A stretch of DNA of 62,884 nucleotides, taken from Candidatus Binatia bacterium. GTDB taxonomy: Bacteria > Desulfobacterota > Binatia > UTPRO1. How positions within the stretch are numbered: position 1 is the first letter of the stretch; the number at the start of each line of letters is the position of its first letter. The translations under genes and the position numbers were made by a program. This document shows positions 36,519-45,067 of this stretch, in pieces. The notes beneath the pieces were generated by a model. It did not search any database and was not told the DNA's origin. It worked only from the letters and a program-made list of their open reading frames with translations. The DNA is taken from positions 1-62,884 of the forward strand of contig JBDSJB010000104.1 of NCBI GenBank assembly GCA_039917665.1. Direction: 5' to 3'.

Positions 36519-38105
36519 ATGATCGCCGGGATGCGCATCGTCCCGTGGCGTTCCCTGCGCCTGCGCCTGATCGTCTTACTCGTGCTCTCCGTCGTCTGCG
36601 TCCTCGCCGCAGCGACGGCGCTCGAGATTCGCCTCTCCACGCGCCTCGCTGAGCGCAATCTCCAGGAACGCGCGCTCACGCTGGCGAAGGAGATCGATAT
36701 CCTCCTCGGCTCGCTGTGGGGCCGCACCGACCTGCGCAATTTTCACCATCGCTTGGCCGAGCTCGCCCGAACGCACCGCAACGTCGCCGACATCGAGATC
36801 CTCCTACCGGTTCGCGATCAATGGCGCCTGCTCGGGAGCTCGGGCCGCGCCGCGCCGACCGAGCCCATCGCGCTCGATCGTTTGGCGATGGAGCTCGATC
36901 AACCGATCTGGCAACTGCTGCCCGGAAGCTCGCATTTGGGTCTCGCCGTCGCGCCATTCCACCTCGGGCAACGGGTGATCGGGGCCATCCGCGTGAAAGC
37001 CTCCTTGTCCGAGGTCGAACGCCTCGCCAACGTCCAGGCCCAGCGCGCGTTGCTGCTGGCACTCTTCTCCGTCCTCGGTATCGCCGGCGTGCTCGGCGTC
37101 ATTCTCACGCGGACGATCGCCCGCCCGGTCGGATTGCTCGTCGACGCCATGAACGCCGCTCGGGCCGGCCACCTTGATACGCGCGTCCAGCTCCGCGGCA
37201 GCGACGAGCTCCAGCAACTCGGCGACCACTTCAACAGCATGCTCGAAACGATCGCACGGGCCGATCACGAGAAGCGCGAGTTGGTGGATCGCTTGAGCCG
37301 CTTCAACGACGAGCTCGAAAGCAGGGTCGCTGGCGCCACCGCGGACATCGCGGCCAAGAATCTCGAACTGCAACGGATCAACGAACAGCTCTGGCACGTG
37401 CAGAAACAACTCGGTCGCGCTGAACGATTGGCCGCCCTCGGTCAGATGACGGCCGCGATCGCGCACGAGCTCGGGACGCCACTCAACTCGGTGCTCGGCT
37501 ATACGCAATTGCTCGCCAAGGAAGTCACGACGCCCGACGGGCGTGAGAAGCTCGCGATCATCGAGTCCCAGGTTCGGGTCATGAGCCAAGCGATCCGCAA
37601 CGCGCTGGATCAGACACGCACGCCCAGCCTCGAGCGACGGCCAGTCGCCGTCGCGGGATTGATCGAGGAGACGCTCGCGCTTCTGGCCCCGGCGCTCAGC
37701 GCCAAGGGGATCGGCGTCGAACGCCAACTGGACGCCGCCCCAGCCGTCATCGCCGCGGATCCGCGCGGCTTGCAGCAAATCCTGCTGAACGTGCTCACCA
37801 ACGCCGTCGACGCGCTGGATCCGGGCGGACACATACGCGTCCGCGCCGACGTGCATCAGCCGAACGGCGGTCCTCCCGGCCTGCGTATGCGCATCACCGA
37901 CGACGGGAAGGGCATCGCGCCCGGAGATTTGGAGCACATCTTTCAGCCCTTCTTCACGACCAAGGAGATCGGCCGCGGTACGGGCCTCGGGCTGACGATC
38001 ACCCAGGACATCGCGCGCGCGCACGGTGGAACGGTCAAGGTCGAGAGTCGCCTCGGCGGCGGGACGACCATCGACATCACGATCGGCGGCGGAGCCAGCG
38101 CGTGA
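36519..38105 (+). CDS. sensor histidine kinase (TM-sensor-HAMP-HisKA-HATPase)
   Basis: N-terminal TM segment; second TM plus HAMP (ARPVGLLVDAMNAARAGHLD); H-box AAIAHELGTPLNSV; N, G1 and G2 boxes (LLNVLTNAVDA, DDGKGI, GTGLGL). Confidence 0.9.
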   Translation: MIAGMRIVPWRSLRLRLIVLLVLSVVCVLAAATALEIRLSTRLAERNLQERALTLAKEIDILLGSLWGRTDLRNFHHRLAELARTHRNVADIEILLPVRDQWRLLGSSGRAAPTEPIALDRLAMELDQPIWQLLPGSSHLGLAVAPFHLGQRVIGAIRVKASLSEVERLANVQAQRALLLALFSVLGIAGVLGVILTRTIARPVGLLVDAMNAARAGHLDTRVQLRGSDELQQLGDHFNSMLETIARADHEKRELVDRLSRFNDELESRVAGATADIAAKNLELQRINEQLWHVQKQLGRAERLAALGQMTAAIAHELGTPLNSVLGYTQLLAKEVTTPDGREKLAIIESQVRVMSQAIRNALDQTRTPSLERRPVAVAGLIEETLALLAPALSAKGIGVERQLDAAPAVIAADPRGLQQILLNVLTNAVDALDPGGHIRVRADVHQPNGGPPGLRMRITDDGKGIAPGDLEHIFQPFFTTKEIGRGTGLGLTITQDIARAHGGTVKVESRLGGGTTIDITIGGGASA

Positions 38106-39439
38106 CGCCGAACCTCCTGGTCATCGACGACGACGCCGTCACCCGCGAGCTTCTGACTGAGGTCTTGCAAGACGAGGGGTACACCGTCGAGGCATGCGAA
38201 AGCGGAAAGCTCGCGTTGGAGCGCGCCGCGCACGATACCTTCGATCTCGCCATCACCGACGTCCGGATGCCCGAGATGGATGGCATCGCCGTCACGCAGG
38301 CCCTGAAAGCGCAGCAACCTGCGCTGCAGGTCATCGTGATGACGGCGTTCGGCTCGGTCGAGACCGCGGTCGAGGCCATTCGGCATGGCGCCTTCGATTA
38401 CGTCAGCAAGCCGATGAACCTGGACGAGATCAAATCGACGGTACGACGCGCGCTGGCGGAACGGCATCTGACGGACGCTCCCTTCGAAGGGGGAACCCCG
38501 ATCAGCGACACGAGTGTCGTCATCGGCCGCAGTCCCGCCATGGTCGAGGTGTACCGCACCCTCGCGCGCGTCGCGCCGTCACGCAGCACCGTACTGATCG
38601 AAGGCGAGAGTGGAACTGGCAAGGAGCTCATCGCGGCGGCACTGCACCGCCACAGCGACCGTGCCGGTGGACGCTTCGTCGCCGTCGATTGCGGATCGCT
38701 CACGGATTCCCTGCTCGAGTCCGAGCTCTTCGGCTATGTCCGCGGCGCCTTCACCGGTGCGGTCGGCGAGAAGAAAGGTCTCTTCGAAGAAGCGACCGGC
38801 GGAACGATCTTTCTCGACGAGATCGGCGACATCGGGTCATCGATGCAAGCCAAGTTGCTGCGCGTGCTCCAAGAGTACGAAATCAAGCGCGTCGGCGGGC
38901 ACGAGTGGATCCCCGTCGACGTTCGCGTCGTCGCCGCGACCAATCGCCACCTCGAACACCTCGTCGAGAAGGGTACCTTTCGCGAGGATCTTTTCTATCG
39001 CCTGAAGGTCGTCATCATCACCTTGCCCCCGCTCCGTGATCGACGGGAGGACATTCCCCTCCTGGCCGAGTACTTCGTGCGCCGTTATGCCGCGCGGAGC
39101 GGCAAGGCCATCGCGCGGGTGACGCCCGAGGCCATGCAGCTCCTCACCGACCAAACCTGGCCCGGTAACATTCGAGAGCTTGAGCACTCCATCGAGCGCG
39201 CCGTGGCCTTGGCGAATGGCCAGGTGCTCACGCCCGACGATCTCGCTCCAGAGCTCAAGGGCAGCGTCGACTCGGCGCTCTTCCGCGGCGCCCCGACGCT
39301 CGAGGAGGTCAAGCGCCGCTACCTAGCGCACGTGCTGCAGGAGACCGGCGGCAACATCTCGCGCGCGGCTAGCATTCTCGGCGTCGAACGACGGTCGCTG
39401 CAGCGGATGCTCCGCCGGTACGGCTTGCGAGAGTCCTGA
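38102..39439 (+). CDS. sigma54-dependent response regulator (NtrC family bEBP)
   Basis: GTG start overlaps the HK stop (GTGA). Receiver LLVIDDD..DLAITDVRMPEMDG; AAA+ GESGTGKE; GAFTGA loop; C-terminal Fis-type HTH GNISRAASILGVERRSLQRMLR. Confidence 0.93.
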   Translation: MTPNLLVIDDDAVTRELLTEVLQDEGYTVEACESGKLALERAAHDTFDLAITDVRMPEMDGIAVTQALKAQQPALQVIVMTAFGSVETAVEAIRHGAFDYVSKPMNLDEIKSTVRRALAERHLTDAPFEGGTPISDTSVVIGRSPAMVEVYRTLARVAPSRSTVLIEGESGTGKELIAAALHRHSDRAGGRFVAVDCGSLTDSLLESELFGYVRGAFTGAVGEKKGLFEEATGGTIFLDEIGDIGSSMQAKLLRVLQEYEIKRVGGHEWIPVDVRVVAATNRHLEHLVEKGTFREDLFYRLKVVIITLPPLRDRREDIPLLAEYFVRRYAARSGKAIARVTPEAMQLLTDQTWPGNIRELEHSIERAVALANGQVLTPDDLAPELKGSVDSALFRGAPTLEEVKRRYLAHVLQETGGNISRAASILGVERRSLQRMLRRYGLRES

Positions 39440-39596
39440 GGCTTTCTGCCCCGCTGCCTGCGTCATTCGACCGCAGCGACCCAAATGGCTGATTTCATTT
39501 TGGTTTAGACACGGCGCGTTGGCTGCCTGCGACCTTTGATCCGGGAAGCCTCCATCATGACCGGGCCAAGTCATCGTTTTTATTCATCACGCGCGC

Positions 39597-39612
39597 TGGC
39601 ACCATGGTTGCT
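39597..39612 (+). promoter_or_regulatory. sigma54 promoter, perfect consensus
   Basis: TGGCAC-CATGG-TTGCT against consensus TGGCAC-N5-TTGCW. It lies in the 39440..39627 intergenic region immediately downstream of the bEBP gene. Confidence 0.6.
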
Positions 39613-39627
39613 CATGCATCAGTCACG

Positions 39628-39996
39628 ATGCGCATTCTGGTCATCGACGACGATGCAACATTCAGCCGCTACCTCGCCGAGGTGCTCACGCATCTCGGCC
39701 ACGATGCGGAGTCGGTGACCGACGGGCTCGTCGGCTTCGAACGCTGCCTCCGTGACCCGTACGACGTCGTGATCTGCGACGTGCGCATGCCGCTGATTCT
39801 CGGCACCGAGTTGGTGTCCGAGCTGCGGCGAGATCTGCCCGAGCTGCCCGTAGTGCTGATCTCGGCCTTCGCCGACGAGCAGCTGGAAGCGCAGGCACAT
39901 GAACGCGGGGCCTGGCTCCTGTCCAAGCCCTTCGATGCTGCGGTGTTGGGAGAAGTGCTGCAACGAGCGACCGGGCCGCAGCCCCTCGCTTCATAA
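39628..39996 (+). CDS. single-domain response regulator (CheY-like receiver)
   Basis: MRILVIDDDATF..DVVICDVRMP..VVLISAF..LSKPF. ATG 39628 is preferred over track ATG 39604, which lies inside the sigma54 promoter. Confidence 0.85.
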   Translation: MRILVIDDDATFSRYLAEVLTHLGHDAESVTDGLVGFERCLRDPYDVVICDVRMPLILGTELVSELRRDLPELPVVLISAFADEQLEAQAHERGAWLLSKPFDAAVLGEVLQRATGPQPLAS

Positions 39997-40002
39997 GGAG
40001 AC

Positions 40003-40332
40003 ATGATGACGAACGAACCTGCAACGATCCCTCTCGAGCGCGAGAGACGCCTCGTGCTCGCGATTCTCGAGGAAGCAGTTCGCAGCTACCAACGGTACGC
40101 CTTCGCCACCAACCGCCGCGGACGCCGCCTGTTCGGCGAGACCTGTGAATGGTTCGACGCGAAGGACGATCCCTGGATTTTCTCATTCGAGAACATCTGT
40201 CACGCACTGGATCTCGATCCCGACCACATCCGTGAGGGCCTCGCCCGTTGGCGCCGCGATCAAGCCCCGCGCCGTCCACTCGTCACCGTTCCCGTCGCGC
40301 CGGGCTACCGCCTGCGCCGCGCGGCCGGTTGA
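40003..40332 (+). CDS. small uncharacterised protein, paralog B of the 27557..28030 product
   Basis: Starts 6 nt after the receiver gene. LVLAILEEAVRSYQRY..W..DPWIFSFENICHALDLDPDHIREGLARW shares the core with paralog A. Confidence 0.7.
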   Translation: MMTNEPATIPLERERRLVLAILEEAVRSYQRYAFATNRRGRRLFGETCEWFDAKDDPWIFSFENICHALDLDPDHIREGLARWRRDQAPRRPLVTVPVAPGYRLRRAAG

Positions 40333-40348
40333 GCGGGAGCACCTTTAG

Positions 40349-40410
40349 CGCGCACTTAGGGGAGTGCGCGTGCGTCGGCGGCTGGCATGAATTGCCGCCG
40401 CCGACGCTTT
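40349..40410 (+). terminator. two consecutive GC-rich hairpins after paralog B
   Basis: Hairpin 1: CGCGCACT-TAGGGG-AGTGCGCG (40349-40370). Hairpin 2: GCGTCGGCGGC-14 nt-GCCGCCGACGC (40372-40407), followed by TTT. Confidence 0.5.
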
Positions 40411-40426
40411 CCGCCTAGAATGCCCC

Positions 40427-41419
40427 ATGGCTGAAGCGAAGCGCCGCGCCAAGCGTGCGGTACCCCCACGCAACGTGAACACTCTGCTGATAGAGGAGGC
40501 GTTCGCGACCTGGCTTCCGCCGGCGGTCGGTGCCGTCATCCTCGGCGCCACCATGCTGCTCGACGCGCTTGGGCTGATTGCTGAACCGATCGCGGCCCTG
40601 AGCGCGGTCTTCGCGCTCCTCATCCTCGGCATTTCGACCGCGCTCGGATCGTTACTGCGCGATGCTCATCCGCGGCTCGGCCCCGTTGCGCTCGCGGGTG
40701 TGGCTCTGGCGTGGATCATCGTGTTCGCCCTGCCCTTCAGCCTAAGACTTTTCCCCGGTCCGCCAGTCGCCACGACCTCACTCGAAGCGAAGCCCGCGAA
40801 TCCCGTGCTGCCGATCGGGGAAGGCCGGTTCGATCTCGTTCTGGATGCTCACCTCCCCCCCGCGACCGAGCACCAGACGCGCCAGCTGCACTATGCGCTG
40901 ACGCTGACCGATGGCGCTGGCCAATCGCAGCACTACGACGGGGAGCTCGGCGATCAATGGCAAACGCGACGCCTTGGGCGCCGCGGAACCGCACCCGTGC
41001 ACCTCGAGCATCTCTCCGCGACGCATGAGGTGGACTATCCCGCTGGTGGGACCGTGCGCCTCGACGACGTCGCGGTCTCCGGCATTCCCGAAGCTTCGGT
41101 CGCCGCGTCCTTCTACCATCGCCGCGTCCCTGGGTTGCTGTGGCTACTCGGGGGCGGGATCCTGCTCGGCATCGCTGCTCTCACCTTCGACCTGTGGTGG
41201 GACCCGCAACGCACGCCGACCGCAGCACTCCTGACGGCGACAGCCACGGGAGCCGTCGTCGTCTTCTGCAGCTCGGCCGCAGGCCATCCCGGGCTCCGAC
41301 AGGTATTCGGTTCGACCATCGTCGGCGGCATCGCCGGTGTCCCGACGATCGGCATCGTCGCATGGTTGGTGCGACGCTTCCCGGCACTCCGCCGCATCGC
41401 GCCCGGGCGCGCGACCTGA
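40427..41419 (+). CDS. integral membrane protein with central extracytoplasmic domain, unknown function
   Basis: 330 aa. N-terminal and C-terminal hydrophobic helices flank a soluble region of about 120 aa. No family recognised. Confidence 0.55.
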   Translation: MAEAKRRAKRAVPPRNVNTLLIEEAFATWLPPAVGAVILGATMLLDALGLIAEPIAALSAVFALLILGISTALGSLLRDAHPRLGPVALAGVALAWIIVFALPFSLRLFPGPPVATTSLEAKPANPVLPIGEGRFDLVLDAHLPPATEHQTRQLHYALTLTDGAGQSQHYDGELGDQWQTRRLGRRGTAPVHLEHLSATHEVDYPAGGTVRLDDVAVSGIPEASVAASFYHRRVPGLLWLLGGGILLGIAALTFDLWWDPQRTPTAALLTATATGAVVVFCSSAAGHPGLRQVFGSTIVGGIAGVPTIGIVAWLVRRFPALRRIAPGRAT

Positions 41420-41435
41420 CATTCCGAGGCCGCGG

Positions 41436-42491
41436 ATGGCTGAGCCGGCCACGTCCGAAGACCTCGCGGCACCGGTCCCACCCGTAGAGCGAGGCGGCCG
41501 CCGCTGGGTGGTTTGGCTCGCGGTATTCGGCGCGAGCGTTCTCGTCATCCTGGTCGCCCGCGCGGACCTCGATCAACTGATGCGCACCGCGCGCGGCATC
41601 GCGCCCGCGCTGCTGATGCTGCCGGTGCTCGCCACCGTCGGCAGCTACCTCACGATGGCCTGGTCCTACCAAGGCATCGCCCGCGCCGCTGGCTACACGT
41701 TGCCGTTCGCCGAGATGTGTCGCATCACGCTCGTCGCCAATACGGCGAATTATCTGCTCTCGACTGGAGGGCTCTCCGGGTTCGCGCTTCGCATGTACCT
41801 CTTCGCCCGACGCGGCATTCCAGCCGGCAGCGCCGTGCTGATCTCGCTCGTCCAAACCCTACTCACCAACCTCATTCTGCTGATCTTCGTGGGCTGGGGA
41901 TTCGTATTGTTGCTCTTCTCCCACCATCTGGTCGGCCGCGATCTCATCGCTGCGACCGTCTTGCTGGTCGCTTTCAGCCTCGTCGTAGTCGCCATGTGCA
42001 TCGCGCTACTCCGGCGGCGCTGGCGCCGCAGGCTTCTCTACGCGACGACCCTCTTCCTCGATCGCGTTCTCGAGCGCGTCGCGCCCCACCGACGACCGCC
42101 GCGTGCGACGCTCCGACGCTTTCGACACAACCTCAACGTCGGGTTCGATTTCCTGTTGCAGCGTCCGCACGACATGCTGGGCCCGACCGTCTACATCGTG
42201 TTCGACTGGCTCTTCACGTTGCTCGTGCTCTACAGCGCATTCGTCGCGATTGGATCGCCGATCGCCATGAGCCACGTGATCGCCGGCTTCGCAATCGGGA
42301 TGTTCTTCTCGATCGCGTCGCTGGTGCCGGGCGGCCTCGGGATCATGGAAGGGTCCATGGCGGCGGTCTTCGTCGGTCTCGGTGTGCAGTACGAGCAAGC
42401 CGTGGTGGCGATCCTGATCTTTCGCGCCGCCTACTACGGCCTGCCGATCATCGCGAGCCTGATGCTCGCACCGCGCATGCTGCGGACGTGA
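41436..42491 (+). CDS. flippase-like membrane protein (lysylphosphatidylglycerol synthase TM region / UPF0104-like)
   Basis: ATG 41436. Multi-TM protein with ANTANYLLSTGGLSGFALRMYLF and GGLGIMEGSMAAVF patterns typical of this family (tentative). Confidence 0.55.
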   Translation: MAEPATSEDLAAPVPPVERGGRRWVVWLAVFGASVLVILVARADLDQLMRTARGIAPALLMLPVLATVGSYLTMAWSYQGIARAAGYTLPFAEMCRITLVANTANYLLSTGGLSGFALRMYLFARRGIPAGSAVLISLVQTLLTNLILLIFVGWGFVLLLFSHHLVGRDLIAATVLLVAFSLVVVAMCIALLRRRWRRRLLYATTLFLDRVLERVAPHRRPPRATLRRFRHNLNVGFDFLLQRPHDMLGPTVYIVFDWLFTLLVLYSAFVAIGSPIAMSHVIAGFAIGMFFSIASLVPGGLGIMEGSMAAVFVGLGVQYEQAVVAILIFRAAYYGLPIIASLMLAPRMLRT

Positions 42492-42506
42492 CTCGGGTCG
42501 TCCAGG

Positions 42507-42983
42507 TCAGCGGGCGGGTCGGTCGAACTTGCCGGCGCGCGCGTCCGCTTCGAGGGCCTTGATCTTACCGACGCGTCGAACGTGCCGCTCGGCGTGCGAG
42601 AACCGCGCTACGAGGAAGGCGCGCAAGCATTCCGCGGCCGCCTCTTCGCCGATCACCCGCGCCCCGAGACAGAGCACGTTGAGATCGTCGTCCTCGACGC
42701 CTTGTCGCGCCGAAAACGTATCGTGGCAGAGCGCCGCACGCGCACCCGGCACCTTGTTTGCCGCGACCGATGCCCCGACGCCGCTGCCGCACACGAGGAC
42801 GCCACGCTCGGCGCGGCCCTCGACGACCGCGGTCGAAACGGCTCGCGCGAAGTCGGGATAATCCGACGGGGTGGTGTCGAACCCCCCGCAGTCGACGATC
42901 TCGTGCCCAGCCGCCTGCAGCTCACGCGCCATGCGCGCTTTCAGCGGGAACCCCGCATGGTCGCAACCGACGGCGATGATCAC
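42507..42983 (-). CDS. rpiB: ribose-5-phosphate isomerase B
   Basis: [53 protein letters not shown]. The start overlaps the tkt stop. Confidence 0.93.
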   Translation of the reverse strand: MIIAVGCDHAGFPLKARMARELQAAGHEIVDCGGFDTTPSDYPDFARAVSTAVVEGRAERGVLVCGSGVGASVAANKVPGARAALCHDTFSARQGVEDDDLNVLCLGARVIGEEAAAECLRAFLVARFSHAERHVRRVGKIKALEADARAGKFDRPAR

Positions 42984-45001
42984 CTGGTGCCGCCTTCGGC
43001 GCTCGCCAGCAACGATCGCACACGAGCGGCCACGTTCTCCGCGGTGAAGCCGAGCTTCTCGAGATTCACCTCCCCCGGCGCCGACGCCCCGTAGCGATCG
43101 AGCCCGACCGCCGAACCACCATCACCGAGCCAACGCTCCCAGCCGAGCGTGACGCCGGCCTCGACCGACACGCGGGTACGCACGTCCGGCGGCAACACCG
43201 ACGCCCGATATGCCGCATCCTGCTCGGCGAAGAGCTCCCAACACGGCATCGACACGACGCGGGCCGGAATGCCCTCGCCGGCGAGCAGCTTCTGCGCCGC
43301 CACCGCCACGGACACTTCGGAGCCGGTGGCGAGCAACAGCGCCACGGGCTTTCCTTGCCCCGGATCGGCGACGACGTACGCTCCTCGCGCCGTGCCGCGC
43401 GCCACGGCCTGATCGATCACCGGCAGCTTCTGACGACTCAGCACGAGCGCCACGGGCCGATGACGCTGCTCGATCGCGAAGCGCCAGGCTTCCGCGGTCT
43501 CGTTCGGGTCGGCCGGTCGCATCACCGCGAGACCCGGCATCGCCCGCAGTGACATCAAGTGTTCGACCGGTTGATGAGTCGGCCCGTCCTCGCCGAGTGC
43601 GATCGAGTCGTGCGTCCAGACGAACGTGACGGGCAGCTCGTTCAGGGCCGCCAGTCGCACCGCGGGGCGCATGTAGTCCGAAAAACAGAAGAACGTCGCG
43701 ACGAACGTGCGGAGGCCGCCGTGATAGGCGATGCCGTTCGCGATCGCGCCCATCGCATGCTCACGCACGCCAAAATGGATGTTGCGGCCCGCGCCGGTCT
43801 GTCCATCGAACGAGCCACCGTCCTTGAGTGACGTGCTGGTGGAGACCGAGAGGTCGGCGTCACCGCCGATCAGCTCAGGCACGCGCGCCGCGATCGCGTT
43901 CAGCGCCTTGCCGGACGCTTGGCGGGTGGCCTGCGCATCCTTCTCACCGAAGGTCGGTAAGCCGCCGTCCCAATCCGCGGGAAGCTCGCCGGCCAACGCC
44001 CGACGCCATTCTGCGGCCAGCTCAGGATGCGCGCTCGCGTAGGCGCCGAATTGCTTCTCCCATTCGGCCTGCTGCGACGCCCCGCGCTCCACCGCCGAGC
44101 GCAGATGCGCCCCCGCCTCGGGCGGCACCACGAAAGACTTGTCGGGATCGAAGCCCAGCGTGCGCTTGGCGGCCGCCACTTCGTCGGGGCCGAGAGGGCT
44201 GCCGTGCGCCTCCGACGTGCCCTGCTTCTTCGGCGATCCGAATCCGATCGTCGTCTGAATGACGATCATCGAGGGTCGCGTCGTGTCGGCTTCGGCTTCG
44301 CTGATCGCGCGATCGATCGCCGCGAGATCCGTGTCACCGTTCTTCACGTGCAGCACTTGCCAGCCGTACGCGGCGTACCGTGCGCCCACGTCTTCGGTCG
44401 AAAAGGCCAGCGACGTCGGTCCGTCGAGCGAAATGTGATTACAGTCGTAGACGTAAATGAGCTTGCCGAGCTTCAGGTGACCGGCGAGTGACGCCGCCTC
44501 GGCCGAGATCCCTTCCATCAAGTCGCCGTCCGACACCAAGGCGTACGTGCGGTGATCGACGATCGTGTGGCCAGGTCGATTGAAGCGATGCGCGAGCGTG
44601 CGCTCGGCCATCGCCATGCCGACCGCGTTCGCCGTTCCCTGCCCGAGCGGCCCCGTCGTCGCTTCGACGCCAGGCGTGAGGAGCGTCTCCGGATGACCGG
44701 GAGTGCGACTCTCCCACTGACGAAACGCCTGCAGATCAGCGAGCGTGAGATCGTAACCCGTGAGATGCAGCAGGCAGTACAAGAGCATGCTACCGTGCCC
44801 AGCGGACAAGACGAACCGATCCCGATTGGCCCAGTGCGGGTTGCGGGGATTGTGGCGCAAATGGCGCTGCCACAAGACGTACGCCATGGCCGCGGCACCC
44901 ATCGGCAAACCGGGATGTCCCGAGTTCGCCTTCTGCACGGCATCGATAGCGAGCGTACGGATGGTGTTGACGGCTAGCTGCGCGAGATCCTCGTCCTTCA
45001 C
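42980..45001 (-). CDS. tkt: transketolase
   Basis: GTG 45001 has GGGGGAGG upstream. [33 protein letters not shown] and [10 protein letters not shown] motifs. Confidence 0.95.
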   Translation of the reverse strand: MKDEDLAQLAVNTIRTLAIDAVQKANSGHPGLPMGAAAMAYVLWQRHLRHNPRNPHWANRDRFVLSAGHGSMLLYCLLHLTGYDLTLADLQAFRQWESRTPGHPETLLTPGVEATTGPLGQGTANAVGMAMAERTLAHRFNRPGHTIVDHRTYALVSDGDLMEGISAEAASLAGHLKLGKLIYVYDCNHISLDGPTSLAFSTEDVGARYAAYGWQVLHVKNGDTDLAAIDRAISEAEADTTRPSMIVIQTTIGFGSPKKQGTSEAHGSPLGPDEVAAAKRTLGFDPDKSFVVPPEAGAHLRSAVERGASQQAEWEKQFGAYASAHPELAAEWRRALAGELPADWDGGLPTFGEKDAQATRQASGKALNAIAARVPELIGGDADLSVSTSTSLKDGGSFDGQTGAGRNIHFGVREHAMGAIANGIAYHGGLRTFVATFFCFSDYMRPAVRLAALNELPVTFVWTHDSIALGEDGPTHQPVEHLMSLRAMPGLAVMRPADPNETAEAWRFAIEQRHRPVALVLSRQKLPVIDQAVARGTARGAYVVADPGQGKPVALLLATGSEVSVAVAAQKLLAGEGIPARVVSMPCWELFAEQDAAYRASVLPPDVRTRVSVEAGVTLGWERWLGDGGSAVGLDRYGASAPGEVNLEKLGFTAENVAARVRSLLASAEGGTR

Positions 45002-45067
45002 GGCGCCTCCCCCTTGTCTCGATCGCGACGGCGACCATGCACGCATATCGCGGACCGGAGGGACAGC

